Source: Nostoc sp. LPT (GTDB lineage Bacteria > Cyanobacteriota > Cyanobacteriia > Cyanobacteriales > Nostocaceae). Taken from it: DNA of 64,000 nucleotides. Where the stretch lies: the NCBI RefSeq assembly GCF_017115165.1, contig NZ_JABXKF010000082.1, forward strand, positions 17,196 through 81,195, written 5' to 3'. This document shows, piece by piece, positions 1 through 9,686 of the stretch. The position numbers were made by a program, and so were the translations under genes. Numbering within the stretch: position 1 is the stretch's first letter; each line of letters starts with the position of its first letter. The notes under the pieces were generated by a model. It searched no databases. It was not told the origin of the DNA and saw only the letters and a program-made list of their open reading frames with translations.

Positions 1-33
1 TTATTTAAAAACTTTGACTCCCGACCCCGACTG

Positions 34-657
34 ATGATTGCTGTCGGACTTGCTGTATTAGTTTTAGTAATCCTGCCGCCTTGGCTGCACTTACCTACTC
101 GCATTCTCTGCGCTTGGAACTCTGGTAGTGACTTTTTCTTAGCTATAACATGGTGGAAAATGATTAAGGCTAACCCAGAAAAAATTCGCCGTTATGCTGA
201 GAATGAATATGAAGGACATTTCGCTATATTGATGCTGGTGATTGCTGCGGCTTGTGCCAGTGTTTTAGCCATTGGGTTTTTATTAACTGATAAAAAAGAG
301 TTATCAAGAATTCTGCTTACCCTACATGTCATACTTTCAATTATGACCATTGTCGGTTCTTGGTTACTAGTGCATACGATGTTTGCAGTGCAATATGCAC
401 ACAGCTATTACAAATATATTAATCGTAATCATAGTGAAGAAATCACCAAAGGTTTAGATTTTCCTAATAACGACTATCCAGACTACTGGGAATTTTTATA
501 TTATTCATTTGTAGTCGGCATGACTAGTCAAGTTTCAGATGTGCAGACAACATCACCCAGTATGAGACGCTTGACTCTGTTACATAGCATATTATCCTTC
601 TTTTTCAATACTACCATTTTAGCTATGAGTATTAATATCATTGCATCGCTGATTTAA
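34..657 (+). CDS. DUF1345-family integral membrane protein
   Basis: 207-aa ATG ORF with several hydrophobic helices. C-terminal motif YYSFVVGMTSQVSDVQ...MRRLTLLHSILSFFFNT matches my recollection of DUF1345. Confidence 0.65.
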   Translation: MIAVGLAVLVLVILPPWLHLPTRILCAWNSGSDFFLAITWWKMIKANPEKIRRYAENEYEGHFAILMLVIAAACASVLAIGFLLTDKKELSRILLTLHVILSIMTIVGSWLLVHTMFAVQYAHSYYKYINRNHSEEITKGLDFPNNDYPDYWEFLYYSFVVGMTSQVSDVQTTSPSMRRLTLLHSILSFFFNTTILAMSINIIASLI

Positions 658-677
658 ATAATTTTTGTAAACAAGAT

Positions 678-1253
678 ATGCTGATTCAAAACGGTGAAAT
701 AGGTATTCGTTTCATGCAAGATGAAATGTATGATTATGAGTTGATGGCAAAATGGTTAACTAATGCAAAAGTTTTAGAATTTTATGAAGGAAGAGATAAT
801 CCTTTTCCCTTAGAAAGAATTATAGAAACGTACAAACCAATGGTTAAGGGAGATGAACCGGTTGTTCCGTGCCTCTTCTACTATCAAAATATTCCCATTG
901 GTTATTTGCATTATTGTACGCTCAATGAATTATCGGAAACTGATAGACAATTGTATCATCTCGACCAAACCGATTTTGTCTATGCGATTGACTTATTCAT
1001 CGGCGAAACCGACTATTGGAACAAGGGAATTGGTACAAAAATGCTGTCAGTATTTATCAACTATCTTTTTGAACAGTGTCAAGCTCATAAAATTGTCATA
1101 GATCCGCACGTTGACAATTCTCGTGCTATTCGCTGCTATGAGAAATGTGGTTTTGTGAAAGTAAAGCTATTGCCGGCACATGAACTGCATGAAGGAGAAT
1201 ACTCAGATTGTTGGCTCATGGCAATTGAGCCAAAGAAATCATCACCCCTCTAA
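678..1253 (+). CDS. GNAT N-acetyltransferase, AAC(6')-Ie-like aminoglycoside acetyltransferase family
   Basis: 191-aa ATG ORF. From memory it aligns along its length with the AAC(6')-Ie domain (KWLTNAKVLEFYEGRD, PIGY, DLFIGETDYWNKGIGT, VIDPHVDNSRAIRCYEKCGF, LPAHELHEGEYSDCWLM). Confidence 0.8.
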   Translation: MLIQNGEIGIRFMQDEMYDYELMAKWLTNAKVLEFYEGRDNPFPLERIIETYKPMVKGDEPVVPCLFYYQNIPIGYLHYCTLNELSETDRQLYHLDQTDFVYAIDLFIGETDYWNKGIGTKMLSVFINYLFEQCQAHKIVIDPHVDNSRAIRCYEKCGFVKVKLLPAHELHEGEYSDCWLMAIEPKKSSPL

Positions 1254-1275
1254 TTTACCGAACAGAATAGAGGCG

Positions 1276-1500
1276 TCAGTCGTCAGAATACAGGAAAGGT
1301 ATTCTGACCGAAAAAGCGGATAGCGCCGGCGGCAAGCGAGTCCGCGATAGCGTAGCGTTAGCGAGGAACGAGCGTCGCGTCTGAATAACTGGGTTTAAGA
1401 CCCCCGCTAAATTTTCAATTTGGTGGTCTTCAATCAGTGGCGGGTCTGAATCCCCCACGCTCAAGATTGCTGAATTCTGAATTCTGAATTCTGTATTCTT
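1276..1500. repeat. GC-rich structured intergenic repeat (MITE-like)
   Basis: Opens with a perfect hairpin: gtcagaatac(1282-1291)/gtattctgac(1299-1308). A GC-rich core follows, then ctgaattctgaattctgaattctgtattc. Both ends carry AGAATACAG in inverted orientation. The 76-aa ORF here is probably spurious. Confidence 0.4.
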
Positions 1501-1540
1501 CTTCAATAGTTCCTCAGTTGATGTCTGATAGGTTACTCAA

Positions 1541-1705
1541 TTAACTCGCGTGTTCCCAATCACTAAGTAACTCATGTTGTACTATTTTATGGGATTTCCG
1601 AAATGGTACTTTAGGAGTACTAATACTCCTACCAGGAAAAGACTGTTTTTTCGTCTTGGTAGGTCTATTTTCTAGGGTTGTTGAACTGAACTGTTGGGTT
1701 TTCAT
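1541..1705 (-). CDS. small hypothetical protein (54 aa, below ORF-track cutoff)
   Basis: Hand translation gives MKTQQFSSTTLENRPTKTKKQSFPGRSISTPKVPFRKSHKIVQHELLSDWEHAS, with ATG at 1705-1703 and TAA at 1543-1541. No recognisable family. Confidence 0.2.
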   Translation of the reverse strand: MKTQQFSSTTLENRPTKTKKQSFPGRSISTPKVPFRKSHKIVQHELLSDWEHAS

Positions 1706-1836
1706 TGGTAAATAAATCTTTGATTAAAACCTGAGCACCACTTTATAACATCAAGTTGCAAACGGCAAATTTCTGAAGAAAAATAAAAAATACATATTTA
1801 ATTTCTAAAGGAAAGAAGAGAAATTAAAGAGTTTAT

Positions 1837-4800
1837 TTACTCTGAAGGTGAAGTGTGCCCAATGAGACTAATGATCGCTGCGGCTAAATCCACTGGATCG
1901 ACGGGTTTAGGTAGGTGTTTTTGAAATCCTGCTGCCATTGCTTGGTTGTAGTTAAGTTCTCCAGCATAAGCAGTCAAGGCGATCGCCGGAATTTGGCCGC
2001 CTTGCTCTGGCGGTAATTTTCTCACCTCGCCCAGCAACATATACCCATCCATCAAGGGCATTCCAATATCGCTTAAGAGGATATCTGGCTTTGATTGCAC
2101 TAATGTTTGCAGCGCTTCATCTGCTGATTCAACTGCCGTTACCGTTGCGCCATATTGTTCCAGGGCAAAGCTAAAAAATTCTCGCACATCAGCTTGATCG
2201 TCCACGAGCAGGATTTGTACTCCAGCAAGTAATGTGTCGTCATTACTGACTTCTGGTTGAGAAGCTTCACCACTGCTAACTCGCAACTCAGAATTTTTGA
2301 GCAAAGGTAGTTTGACTGTGAAGGTAGCCCCTTGTTCTTCTCCCAAACTCTCTGCCTGAACTGTGCCACCGTGAAGTTCTACTAAATGACGCACAATTGC
2401 TAGTCCCAATCCCAGTCCGCCAAATACTCTGGTTGTCTTAGCATCTGCTTGCCGGAAGTAATCAAACACATAGGGTAAAAATTCTGGGTTAATTCCTTTA
2501 CCTGTATCAATTACCTGGATTTGGGCATCTAAACCAACTTGCTCTAGACGCACTTCTACAAGCCCGTCTGTAGGTGTGAATTTAACGGCATTGGAGAGGA
2601 GATTCCACATCACTTGTTGCAAGCGATCGCCATCGCCAAGAACTTTGCTGATATCATTACTTAACACCGTGTGAATTTGAATTGATTTGGCTTCTGCTGC
2701 TAAACGCACCGTTTCTAATGCAGATGCGATCGCTATTTTCAAATCCACTGCATGGAGATTTAACCTGACTTTACCTTGCAAAATCCGCGAAACATCAAGT
2801 AAATCTCCAATCAATTGGGTTTGTAACTTAGCATTGCGCTCGATTGTTTCCAATGCCCGGATTTTAGTAGTTTCGTCGAACTTGCGGGTTCTGAGTAACT
2901 TTGCCCACCCTAAAATCGGATTTAAGGGAGTTCGGAGTTCATGGGAAAGGACAGCAAGAAATTCATCTTTAATGCGGTTGGCTGTCTCGGCTTCTGCCCT
3001 GGCAATCTTTTCAGCTTCGTAAAGTTGAGCGCGGGCGATCGCTTGGGCACACTGCTGTCCCAGTGTCAACATAAATCCCCGGTCTTCTTGATTAAATATT
3101 TGTCCAGTAGTAAAGCTTAATCCCAAAGCCCCAATTACTTTACCTTCTACTATCAAGGGAATGGAAGCCCAGGCATTATTCGCTATAACAGTCACAACAT
3201 CTGCTAAGTCGGGATATCTAGCAATCATGGCTGCTAAATTTTCTAAAAAAATCGGCTGCCCAGTTCTGACTGTTTCTGCTATTTGGTTAGGTGCTGTGAT
3301 CGGAAAACTTGTCCAAGTATTTATGAGCGTTTGCGGATAGCCAATTGCTTGCACAACTTTTAGGGTAGTATTTCCTTCAGTAAGTAAGACAACGGAACCA
3401 CCAGTAGCTTTCAAGGCGGCAATGCCTTGGTTCACCACTACATCAGCCACCTGTTGGGGAGTTAAGGCTTCCGAGAAGGCAGCAGTTATTTTTTGTAAAA
3501 GTACTGTGCGATTGACAGACCGTTGAGTTTCCTGGTAAAGTCTGGCGTTGTCAATGGCTGTCGCTGCCCGCCGAGCAATATCTTCTGCTAAAGCCAAGTC
3601 TGCTTGTTGATAGTACCGACCAGATTCGGCGGTAAAAAAAGAGATTGCTCCAAATAATTGCCCGCGAGAACGAACTGGAATCACCATCAGAGAACGAATA
3701 CCCAGACTTTGCAGCAATTGCCGATGTTCGTTGTCTTCAGACATCTGTAGAAGATGTGAGTCAGATAATTCGGGATAAAAGACAGATATTCCTAAGCGTA
3801 GCTGCCGTACAAGCTGTTTGGCTCTGGTTTGGGGTTGATAACGCCGTCGGATTTCGTCTAAAATATTTAATTTTGTGGGATCGGCAATTGCGATCGCAAT
3901 TTGTTTACTTGACCAATCTTCTTGGAAGACATCTACAATACACAAGTCAGCTAGGGTCGGAACTGCTAAATTTGCCACATTTTCTAAGGTGATCTCATAA
4001 TCTAATGAGGCAGCTAGTAAGGTGCTGGCTTCGACTAAAAAGTTTTGTGTGGCTTCAATTCGTTTGCGATGGCTAATATCCTCAATAATGCCTAATGCAT
4101 ACTTTGGTTGTCCGTTAGCATCCCAAACTGCTGATGAAGTTAGGTTTGCCCAAACTATAGAACCATCTTTGCGAATGTAGCGCTTCTCTAGGGAATAACC
4201 ACTAATTTCTTTTGCTAAAACTCGCCGAGCATTTTCCCAATCAACTTCTAAGTCGTCAGGATGGGTAATTTCCTGAAAGTTCATTTGAATTAACTCTTCA
4301 TAGCTATACCCAGTAATTTCGCATAGGGCAGGATTAACTTGCAGAAATCGCCCATCCAACCCTACTAGAGTAATACCAACAGCTGCTTGATTGAACATTG
4401 CCCGAAACCTTTCTTCGCTTTCTCGCAAAGCAACTTCTGTTTGCTTTGCTGCTGTCACATCTGCCAAAATAATGCCAATTCCTACCGTTTCACCCATTGT
4501 GTTTTTAACTGGGTAATAGTTGCCCAGCCAGTAACCGTAACGTCTTGGTTGTCCCCTTGTCTCACCGCTGATTTCCATATTCAGTAGGGGTTCTCCAGTC
4601 TCTAACACGTGCTGTAACTGTGGCTCTAATTCAGCCGCCATCGCTGGCAACACTTCCCTAAATTTGCGTCCTAGATGTTCTTCTATAGCTAAACCGTTAA
4701 TGTCAGCGAAAACTTGATTAATGCGAATATAGCGCAGTTCCCGATCAAAAAAGCATACGGCAACAGGAGCCGCTCCTAGCAACGCATCTAGGAGAGATAG

Positions 4801-6102
4801 AGATTCGGAATAATGGAGTAAAGCCTGGTGGATGTCTCGATAAAGTTGGGCATTTTCCACTGCTAAGGCAGCACGATGAGTAATATCTATTGCTAAATTT
4901 AGGTCAGTGCGATCGTAGCGACGGTCTGATAGGGTGTTGATAAAGGTAATACAGCCGAGTATGCGCCCTTTTGCGATTAACGGCACAATCATTACAGATT
5001 TCATCCCCAATTGCCGAACAAGTTCTAAGTGTTCCTGATTCTGAGTAGTTGCTACTAATAGCGAGTCAGATACCTCTGAGATCAATTCACTTTGACCAGT
5101 TTGTAGTACTCTAGTAATTGCACTTGCACCCTTATAATCTGTCACATACTCTTGAAGTTTACGCGCCAACTCTGCTTTCGATGGGTCTGCATGAGCAATA
5201 GGTAGGCGGCGAATGGAGCCATCTTCATTTAAAATATCGACGCTACACCAATCAGCTAGCTGGGGAACTGAAATTTTGGCTATCTGTTGTAAGGTTTGTT
5301 CATAATCTAACGAAGTAGAGAGTAAACTACTAATTTGGGCGATATAACGCAGTCTTTCCTCAGCCTGCTTGCGCTCAGTAATATTTACACCTGCACAGGT
5401 GATACCTTGAATACTATTATCTAAATCCCTTAGTGGTTCAACTAGCAAATCATAGTAACGGTTTTCTTTACAAGTTGTTAGATAAACCTCTTGGCGGGTT
5501 GCAACACCAGTCTCTATGACCTTTAGCTTAATTGCCTGCAATTGCTCTGCTACTGAGGCGGGAAATAATTCATCATCAGACTTACCTAATATTTCCTCAG
5601 CAGTGTTTAGACCTTGAGGATTATGAATCCACTGATATCGCAAATCGCGATCCTGCTGAAATACCACGATATCTGAACTACTTGACGCTAATCGAAATCT
5701 TTCTTCACTAACTCTCAGCTTTTGGAGATTTTCATCCGCCCGTCTTTTAGCAGTTTTTAATGCCTCACATAAGATACTAAAGAGCAATCCTTGTAATGCA
5801 AATAACCCAATTCGCACAGAATTAGATAAGTCAAGACTCAGCTCATAAGCTGGAGGGAGAAAGAAGTAATCGCTCAGTAATGCAGACAAGGAAGTTGCTA
5901 ATAGCCCTGATTTCAAACCACCATACCAAGCGCTCACCATGACAGCGCTAAAAAATAGCAGGAAAGTAGTTCCATTCATGCTTAACCAGGGGTCTAGCAT
6001 TAACATTAACACTAATGCAAGTGCTACAATTAATACAGCGATGCCAGAACGCAATAACTGAGAATAATAAATAAGGGGCATGAAAAGTTTTTGAAAAACC
6101 AA
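1837..6102 (-). CDS. multidomain hybrid sensor histidine kinase (TM/DUF4118-like, PAS and GAF modules, HisKA, HATPase, receiver)
   Basis: 1421-aa ORF (TTG at 6102; first ATG at 6081, MPLIYY). N-terminal hydrophobic helices. H-box SHELRTPLNPILGW. ATPase boxes NLLSNAVKFT, DTGKGI, GGLGLGLAIV. C-terminal receiver ILLVDDQ...SDIGMP. Confidence 0.9.
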   Translation of the reverse strand: MVFQKLFMPLIYYSQLLRSGIAVLIVALALVLMLMLDPWLSMNGTTFLLFFSAVMVSAWYGGLKSGLLATSLSALLSDYFFLPPAYELSLDLSNSVRIGLFALQGLLFSILCEALKTAKRRADENLQKLRVSEERFRLASSSSDIVVFQQDRDLRYQWIHNPQGLNTAEEILGKSDDELFPASVAEQLQAIKLKVIETGVATRQEVYLTTCKENRYYDLLVEPLRDLDNSIQGITCAGVNITERKQAEERLRYIAQISSLLSTSLDYEQTLQQIAKISVPQLADWCSVDILNEDGSIRRLPIAHADPSKAELARKLQEYVTDYKGASAITRVLQTGQSELISEVSDSLLVATTQNQEHLELVRQLGMKSVMIVPLIAKGRILGCITFINTLSDRRYDRTDLNLAIDITHRAALAVENAQLYRDIHQALLHYSESLSLLDALLGAAPVAVCFFDRELRYIRINQVFADINGLAIEEHLGRKFREVLPAMAAELEPQLQHVLETGEPLLNMEISGETRGQPRRYGYWLGNYYPVKNTMGETVGIGIILADVTAAKQTEVALRESEERFRAMFNQAAVGITLVGLDGRFLQVNPALCEITGYSYEELIQMNFQEITHPDDLEVDWENARRVLAKEISGYSLEKRYIRKDGSIVWANLTSSAVWDANGQPKYALGIIEDISHRKRIEATQNFLVEASTLLAASLDYEITLENVANLAVPTLADLCIVDVFQEDWSSKQIAIAIADPTKLNILDEIRRRYQPQTRAKQLVRQLRLGISVFYPELSDSHLLQMSEDNEHRQLLQSLGIRSLMVIPVRSRGQLFGAISFFTAESGRYYQQADLALAEDIARRAATAIDNARLYQETQRSVNRTVLLQKITAAFSEALTPQQVADVVVNQGIAALKATGGSVVLLTEGNTTLKVVQAIGYPQTLINTWTSFPITAPNQIAETVRTGQPIFLENLAAMIARYPDLADVVTVIANNAWASIPLIVEGKVIGALGLSFTTGQIFNQEDRGFMLTLGQQCAQAIARAQLYEAEKIARAEAETANRIKDEFLAVLSHELRTPLNPILGWAKLLRTRKFDETTKIRALETIERNAKLQTQLIGDLLDVSRILQGKVRLNLHAVDLKIAIASALETVRLAAEAKSIQIHTVLSNDISKVLGDGDRLQQVMWNLLSNAVKFTPTDGLVEVRLEQVGLDAQIQVIDTGKGINPEFLPYVFDYFRQADAKTTRVFGGLGLGLAIVRHLVELHGGTVQAESLGEEQGATFTVKLPLLKNSELRVSSGEASQPEVSNDDTLLAGVQILLVDDQADVREFFSFALEQYGATVTAVESADEALQTLVQSKPDILLSDIGMPLMDGYMLLGEVRKLPPEQGGQIPAIALTAYAGELNYNQAMAAGFQKHLPKPVDPVDLAAAIISLIGHTSPSE

Positions 6103-6585
6103 TACTCATTGCAGAGGCTGTACATACCCTAAGCTAGTTTGTAAATTTTAGTAACTTATCTACAGATAGATTTTTGCTGAGTTCTAAAAGCCTCTTTTGC
6201 CAGAGGTTAATTTGTTAGTTATCTGATATGTAGAGTAAAAATTTAGCTCGAACCATCAAGATAAATGACACTATTTTGCTAATTTAAAATACTAAATACA
6301 AATGCCAGTTAATTCATAACAAAAATTATGGAATAATATCTAGTTAAGGATAGAGATAAACAGAAAATAATGGCTGTAGTTGTAAGATAACCTATTGATC
6401 GTCCAACTGCTTTTTTAATTACCTCATCAGTTGCCGGATTCATCAGAGGATAAATACATACTTTGACTTGCTAGAAGTACTTCTGCTATCTCATTGCTTA
6501 GAGGTTTAGAGAACACATAACCTTTTCAGCAAGTGTCTTCCTTATCTACCTTGTCTCTTCTCTCATGCCCCATGCCCTACTGGCG

Positions 6586-7749
6586 TCAGTTAACATCCTT
6601 TAGTACTGCTACCAATTTTTCAATATGTGCTACTTGATGAGTTGCCATCACAGATATTCTGATTCGACTTGTGGGCACTGTGGGGGGACGAATTGCTGGG
6701 GCAAAAATGCCAGCATCTCTTAGCTGTTTTCCAGCTTTGAGGGCATCTGTGGCATTAGGCAATTGAAAACATAATATGGGTGATTCAGAAGGCAGCAATT
6801 TCAAGTTAGGTAACTGTTGCAGCAAAGTTTTCAAGTAATATATATTCTCCCACAATTGGGCACGATGTTGCGGTTCTTGTTGCACGATCTTGATTGCTGC
6901 TAAGGCTGCGGCTGTATCAGCAGGTGAAAGTCCAGTGGTATAAATCCAACTGGGTGCGCGGTTTTGCAAAAAGTCAATTAGGGCAGTACTTCCTGCTACA
7001 TACCCGCCTAAACTACCTAAAGCTTTACTTAGGGTGCCAATTTGAATTAATTGCTTTCCTGTACACCCAAAATATTCGACACATCCAGCGCCAGTTTTTC
7101 CTAGTACCCCAGTGGCATGAGCTTCATCGACTAGCAGCATACAGCTAAATTTATCAGTGAGATCCAACAGTGCAGGTAACGGACATAAATCGCCATCCAT
7201 GCTGAAGACGGTATCAGTAAGAATCAAACAGCGTCGGTAATTTTGCCGCTGCTGGTTCAACTGAGTTTTTAATACTGCCATATCACAGTGCGGATATTCC
7301 ACAACTGCTGCACCACTGAGAATCGCTCCATTTTTCAGACTGGAATGATTAGATTGGTCAGAGAAAATTAAATCACGCTTGCCAACAAGGGCGGTAATTG
7401 CACCCAAATTTGCTAGATATCCAGAACTAAATACCAAGGCATTTTCTGTTTGTTTAGTAAATGCGATCGCCTCCTCTAACTCCCTGTGCAATTCCCGATG
7501 CCCACTGAGTAATCTAGAACCAGTACTACCAGTCCCAAATTCGGCGATCGCAGCAGTTGCAGCTGCCATCAAACGCTCATCTCCAGCCAATCCCAAATAG
7601 TCATTGCTGGCAAAATTAATTACCTCTTGCCCAGCTAAAACCACCGTTGCACCCGGACGACCATTAATAGGTTGTACTGAACGATACCAGTCTGCCCGAT
7701 GAATCGTTGCTAAGGACTGTTCTAGCCAAGCATAAGGGTCAGTAGGCAT
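6586..7749 (-). CDS. bioF: 8-amino-7-oxononanoate synthase
   Basis: ORF trimmed to the ATG at 7749 ([11 protein letters not shown]). The upstream 70 codons read through repeat DNA and into ruvA. Class-II aminotransferase pattern with PLP-lysine motif GTLSKALG. Confidence 0.9.
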   Translation of the reverse strand: MPTDPYAWLEQSLATIHRADWYRSVQPINGRPGATVVLAGQEVINFASNDYLGLAGDERLMAAATAAIAEFGTGSTGSRLLSGHRELHRELEEAIAFTKQTENALVFSSGYLANLGAITALVGKRDLIFSDQSNHSSLKNGAILSGAAVVEYPHCDMAVLKTQLNQQRQNYRRCLILTDTVFSMDGDLCPLPALLDLTDKFSCMLLVDEAHATGVLGKTGAGCVEYFGCTGKQLIQIGTLSKALGSLGGYVAGSTALIDFLQNRAPSWIYTTGLSPADTAAALAAIKIVQQEPQHRAQLWENIYYLKTLLQQLPNLKLLPSESPILCFQLPNATDALKAGKQLRDAGIFAPAIRPPTVPTSRIRISVMATHQVAHIEKLVAVLKDVN

Positions 7750-7843
7750 GGGGAGTGGGGAGTGGGGGAGCAGGGGAGCAGGGAGCAGGGGGCAATAAGA
7801 AATAACTAATGACAAAGGACTAATGACTAATGACAAATGACAA
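7750..7843. repeat. G-rich repeat plus degenerate heptamer (STRR-like) array
   Basis: ggggagtggggagtgggggagcaggggagcagggagcaggggg is followed by actaatg/acaaagg/actaatg/actaatg/acaaatg units between bioF and ruvA. Confidence 0.6.
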
Positions 7844-8476
7844 TTAAACTTGTTCACTGCTGAGATGAGCGATGGCTTGTTTAATCCAGTCTTCGACATA
7901 AGCATCTTTGGGTAGTCCGATGTCTTCGCTGACCACATGCAGGGCGTGACTGACTTCATGGGCAGTATATCCCAAGGCGAAGAGGGTCATTTGCACTTCT
8001 TCGAGAATTCCCGGTGCTGGCCCGCCTGTGGCGACGAAGAACCCGGCTGATTTGCGCCACTCAACTAATTTGCTTTTCAGTTCCAAACAGATGCGTTCGG
8101 CGATTTTTTTACCGACACCGGGAGCCTGAATTAGGATTTGTGTATTGCCGGCGATAATTGCTTGGACTAAATCTGGTAGTTCCAGAGTATCTAGGAGTGC
8201 GATTGCTAAGGCTGCACCAATACCTGTGACAGTCAGCAAGTGGCGAAATAAATCGCGTTCGGCTGGGGAAGCAAAGCCATATAGAAAGGGCACTTCTTCG
8301 CGAATTTGGAAATGGGTAAAAATTTGCGCCACTCCTCCTGACTCTGGTAACTGGTTTGCTAGGCGTTGGGGAACTTGCAAATCATACCCCAAGCCATTCA
8401 CTTCCAGAGTCAGAATCACGCGATTAGCGCCAATTGTTTGGATACCAGCGACTATACCTTTTAGATAACTAATCAT
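7844..8476 (-). CDS. ruvA: Holliday junction branch migration complex subunit RuvA
   Basis: 210 aa, MISYLKGIV...[12 protein letters not shown]...FLYGF...[23 protein letters not shown]...[12 protein letters not shown]. The two HhH motifs are typical of RuvA. Confidence 0.95.
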   Translation of the reverse strand: MISYLKGIVAGIQTIGANRVILTLEVNGLGYDLQVPQRLANQLPESGGVAQIFTHFQIREEVPFLYGFASPAERDLFRHLLTVTGIGAALAIALLDTLELPDLVQAIIAGNTQILIQAPGVGKKIAERICLELKSKLVEWRKSAGFFVATGGPAPGILEEVQMTLFALGYTAHEVSHALHVVSEDIGLPKDAYVEDWIKQAIAHLSSEQV

Positions 8477-8817
8477 TACAAGAGACCAAAATATTTTAAG
8501 CCTTCAATAATTCCACCTGCACAAAAACATGAAGCCAGGTAGCGGTAATCAGCGGGATACTCTTTGTGCCATTGGAGTAACTCTTTGCGGGCATTCCCCA
8601 CAATGATTCCCCGTGCGTTGCCTACAGCAAATAAAGCAATATCATTACCTGAATCACCACAGACAACTGTTTGTTCTGCTGCAAATTTCCACTTCTGGCG
8701 TAAAAACTGCATTGCCTGACCTTTATCGCTGCTATGGGGTACAATGTCAAGGTCAATACCGCTACTGTAGATTAACTTTACATTTAATTTATATTTCTGC
8801 AACTGTGGTAAAATACC
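8476..8817 (-). pseudogene. 5'-truncated remnant of a sucrose-phosphate phosphatase gene (C-terminal ~110 codons only)
   Basis: The frame opens just after a stop at 8818-8820 and has only a TTG start. It encodes the HAD C-terminal half (DKGQAMQFL, VCGDSGNDIALF, IIVGNARKELL). The DxDxT N-terminal half is absent. Its TAA overlaps the ruvA ATG (TAATG). Confidence 0.75.
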
Positions 8818-8849
8818 TTATGGTTTTGTGATGGTGTAGTTTAGTAAGA

Positions 8850-9683
8850 GTGCTGGGGTATAGTGTGAGACAGTTTCTTTTAGTAACAGACCTCGACTAT
8901 ACGCTGGTAGGCGATGACCAAGCAATGGCAAGGTTAAATCAACGGCTAGAACAGCATCGTCAGCAGCACCACACAAAGATTGTTTATTCAACTGGGCGAT
9001 CACTTTTTCTTTACCAAAAGCTTATAGATAAAAAAGCACTTTTAGAACCAGATGTACTTATATGTGCTGTAGGTACGGAAATTTACTACAGTAACAGTAA
9101 TACTCTAGATTCTAAGTGGTCAGATTATCTCTCTGAAGGTTGGGATAGAGACTTAGTTGTAAATATATCTAAGGCTTTTAGTGAATTAAAGCCCCAGCCA
9201 AATACCGAGCAAAGACCTTTTAAAGTTAGCTATTTCCTTGAAGAAGAAAAAGAAATCTCTGGAAATTGTTTGTCAGACCTAGAGTCTCGTTTGCTAAAGA
9301 AAGGATTAGATATTCAAGTTATCTGTAGCCTTGGTAGCTCTACTCATATCAACAACCTTGATAATAATTACAAAGATGGTAAAGATTTAGAGATTCAAGT
9401 TCTAGATATTCTGCCACGTAAGGCTAATAAAGGTATGGCAATGACCTTTGTACGCGAAAATCTAGAAATAGATGTAGCGCAAACTGTTGCTTGTGGCGAC
9501 TCCGGTAACGATATTGCCCTGTTTGCTGACAAGAAAGAAAAAGGTATTATCGTCGGCAATGCAAAACAGGAATTGCTGAAATGGCACGAAGCTAACCCAA
9601 ACCCAAATCGTTACTTAGCAAAAGCTCAATTTGCGGCTGGAATTGAAGAAGGTTTGCAGTATTTTGGATTTTTTGAAGGATAA
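8850..9683 (+). CDS. spp: sucrose-phosphate phosphatase (HAD-IIB), divergent full-length copy
   Basis: 277 aa (GTG at 8850; alternative GTG at 8865 gives MRQFLLVTDLD). HAD motifs LVTDLDYTLVG, STGRS, NKGMAM, CGDSGNDIALF. Carries a ~20-aa insertion (THINNLDNNYKDGKDLEIQV) relative to the adjacent remnant. Confidence 0.85.
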   Translation: MLGYSVRQFLLVTDLDYTLVGDDQAMARLNQRLEQHRQQHHTKIVYSTGRSLFLYQKLIDKKALLEPDVLICAVGTEIYYSNSNTLDSKWSDYLSEGWDRDLVVNISKAFSELKPQPNTEQRPFKVSYFLEEEKEISGNCLSDLESRLLKKGLDIQVICSLGSSTHINNLDNNYKDGKDLEIQVLDILPRKANKGMAMTFVRENLEIDVAQTVACGDSGNDIALFADKKEKGIIVGNAKQELLKWHEANPNPNRYLAKAQFAAGIEEGLQYFGFFEG

Positions 9684-9686
9684 AAC

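Noticed and set aside
2139-4587. Track ORFs inside or antisense to the 1837-6102 kinase (2139-2369, 2687-3022, 3645-3992, 4387-4587)
   Set aside because: They are fully embedded in a 1421-aa gene with clear domain structure. Their composition is low-complexity, as expected for shadow frames.
6586-7959. Long version of the bioF ORF (457 aa) overlapping ruvA
   Set aside because: The first 70 codons translate G-rich and heptamer repeat DNA and overlap the ruvA 3' end. The conserved BioF sequence starts at the ATG at 7749.
8818-9003. 61-aa minus-strand ORF upstream of the spp remnant, considered as the missing N-terminal half
   Set aside because: Its translation has no HAD motif I and is simply the antisense of the plus-strand spp gene.
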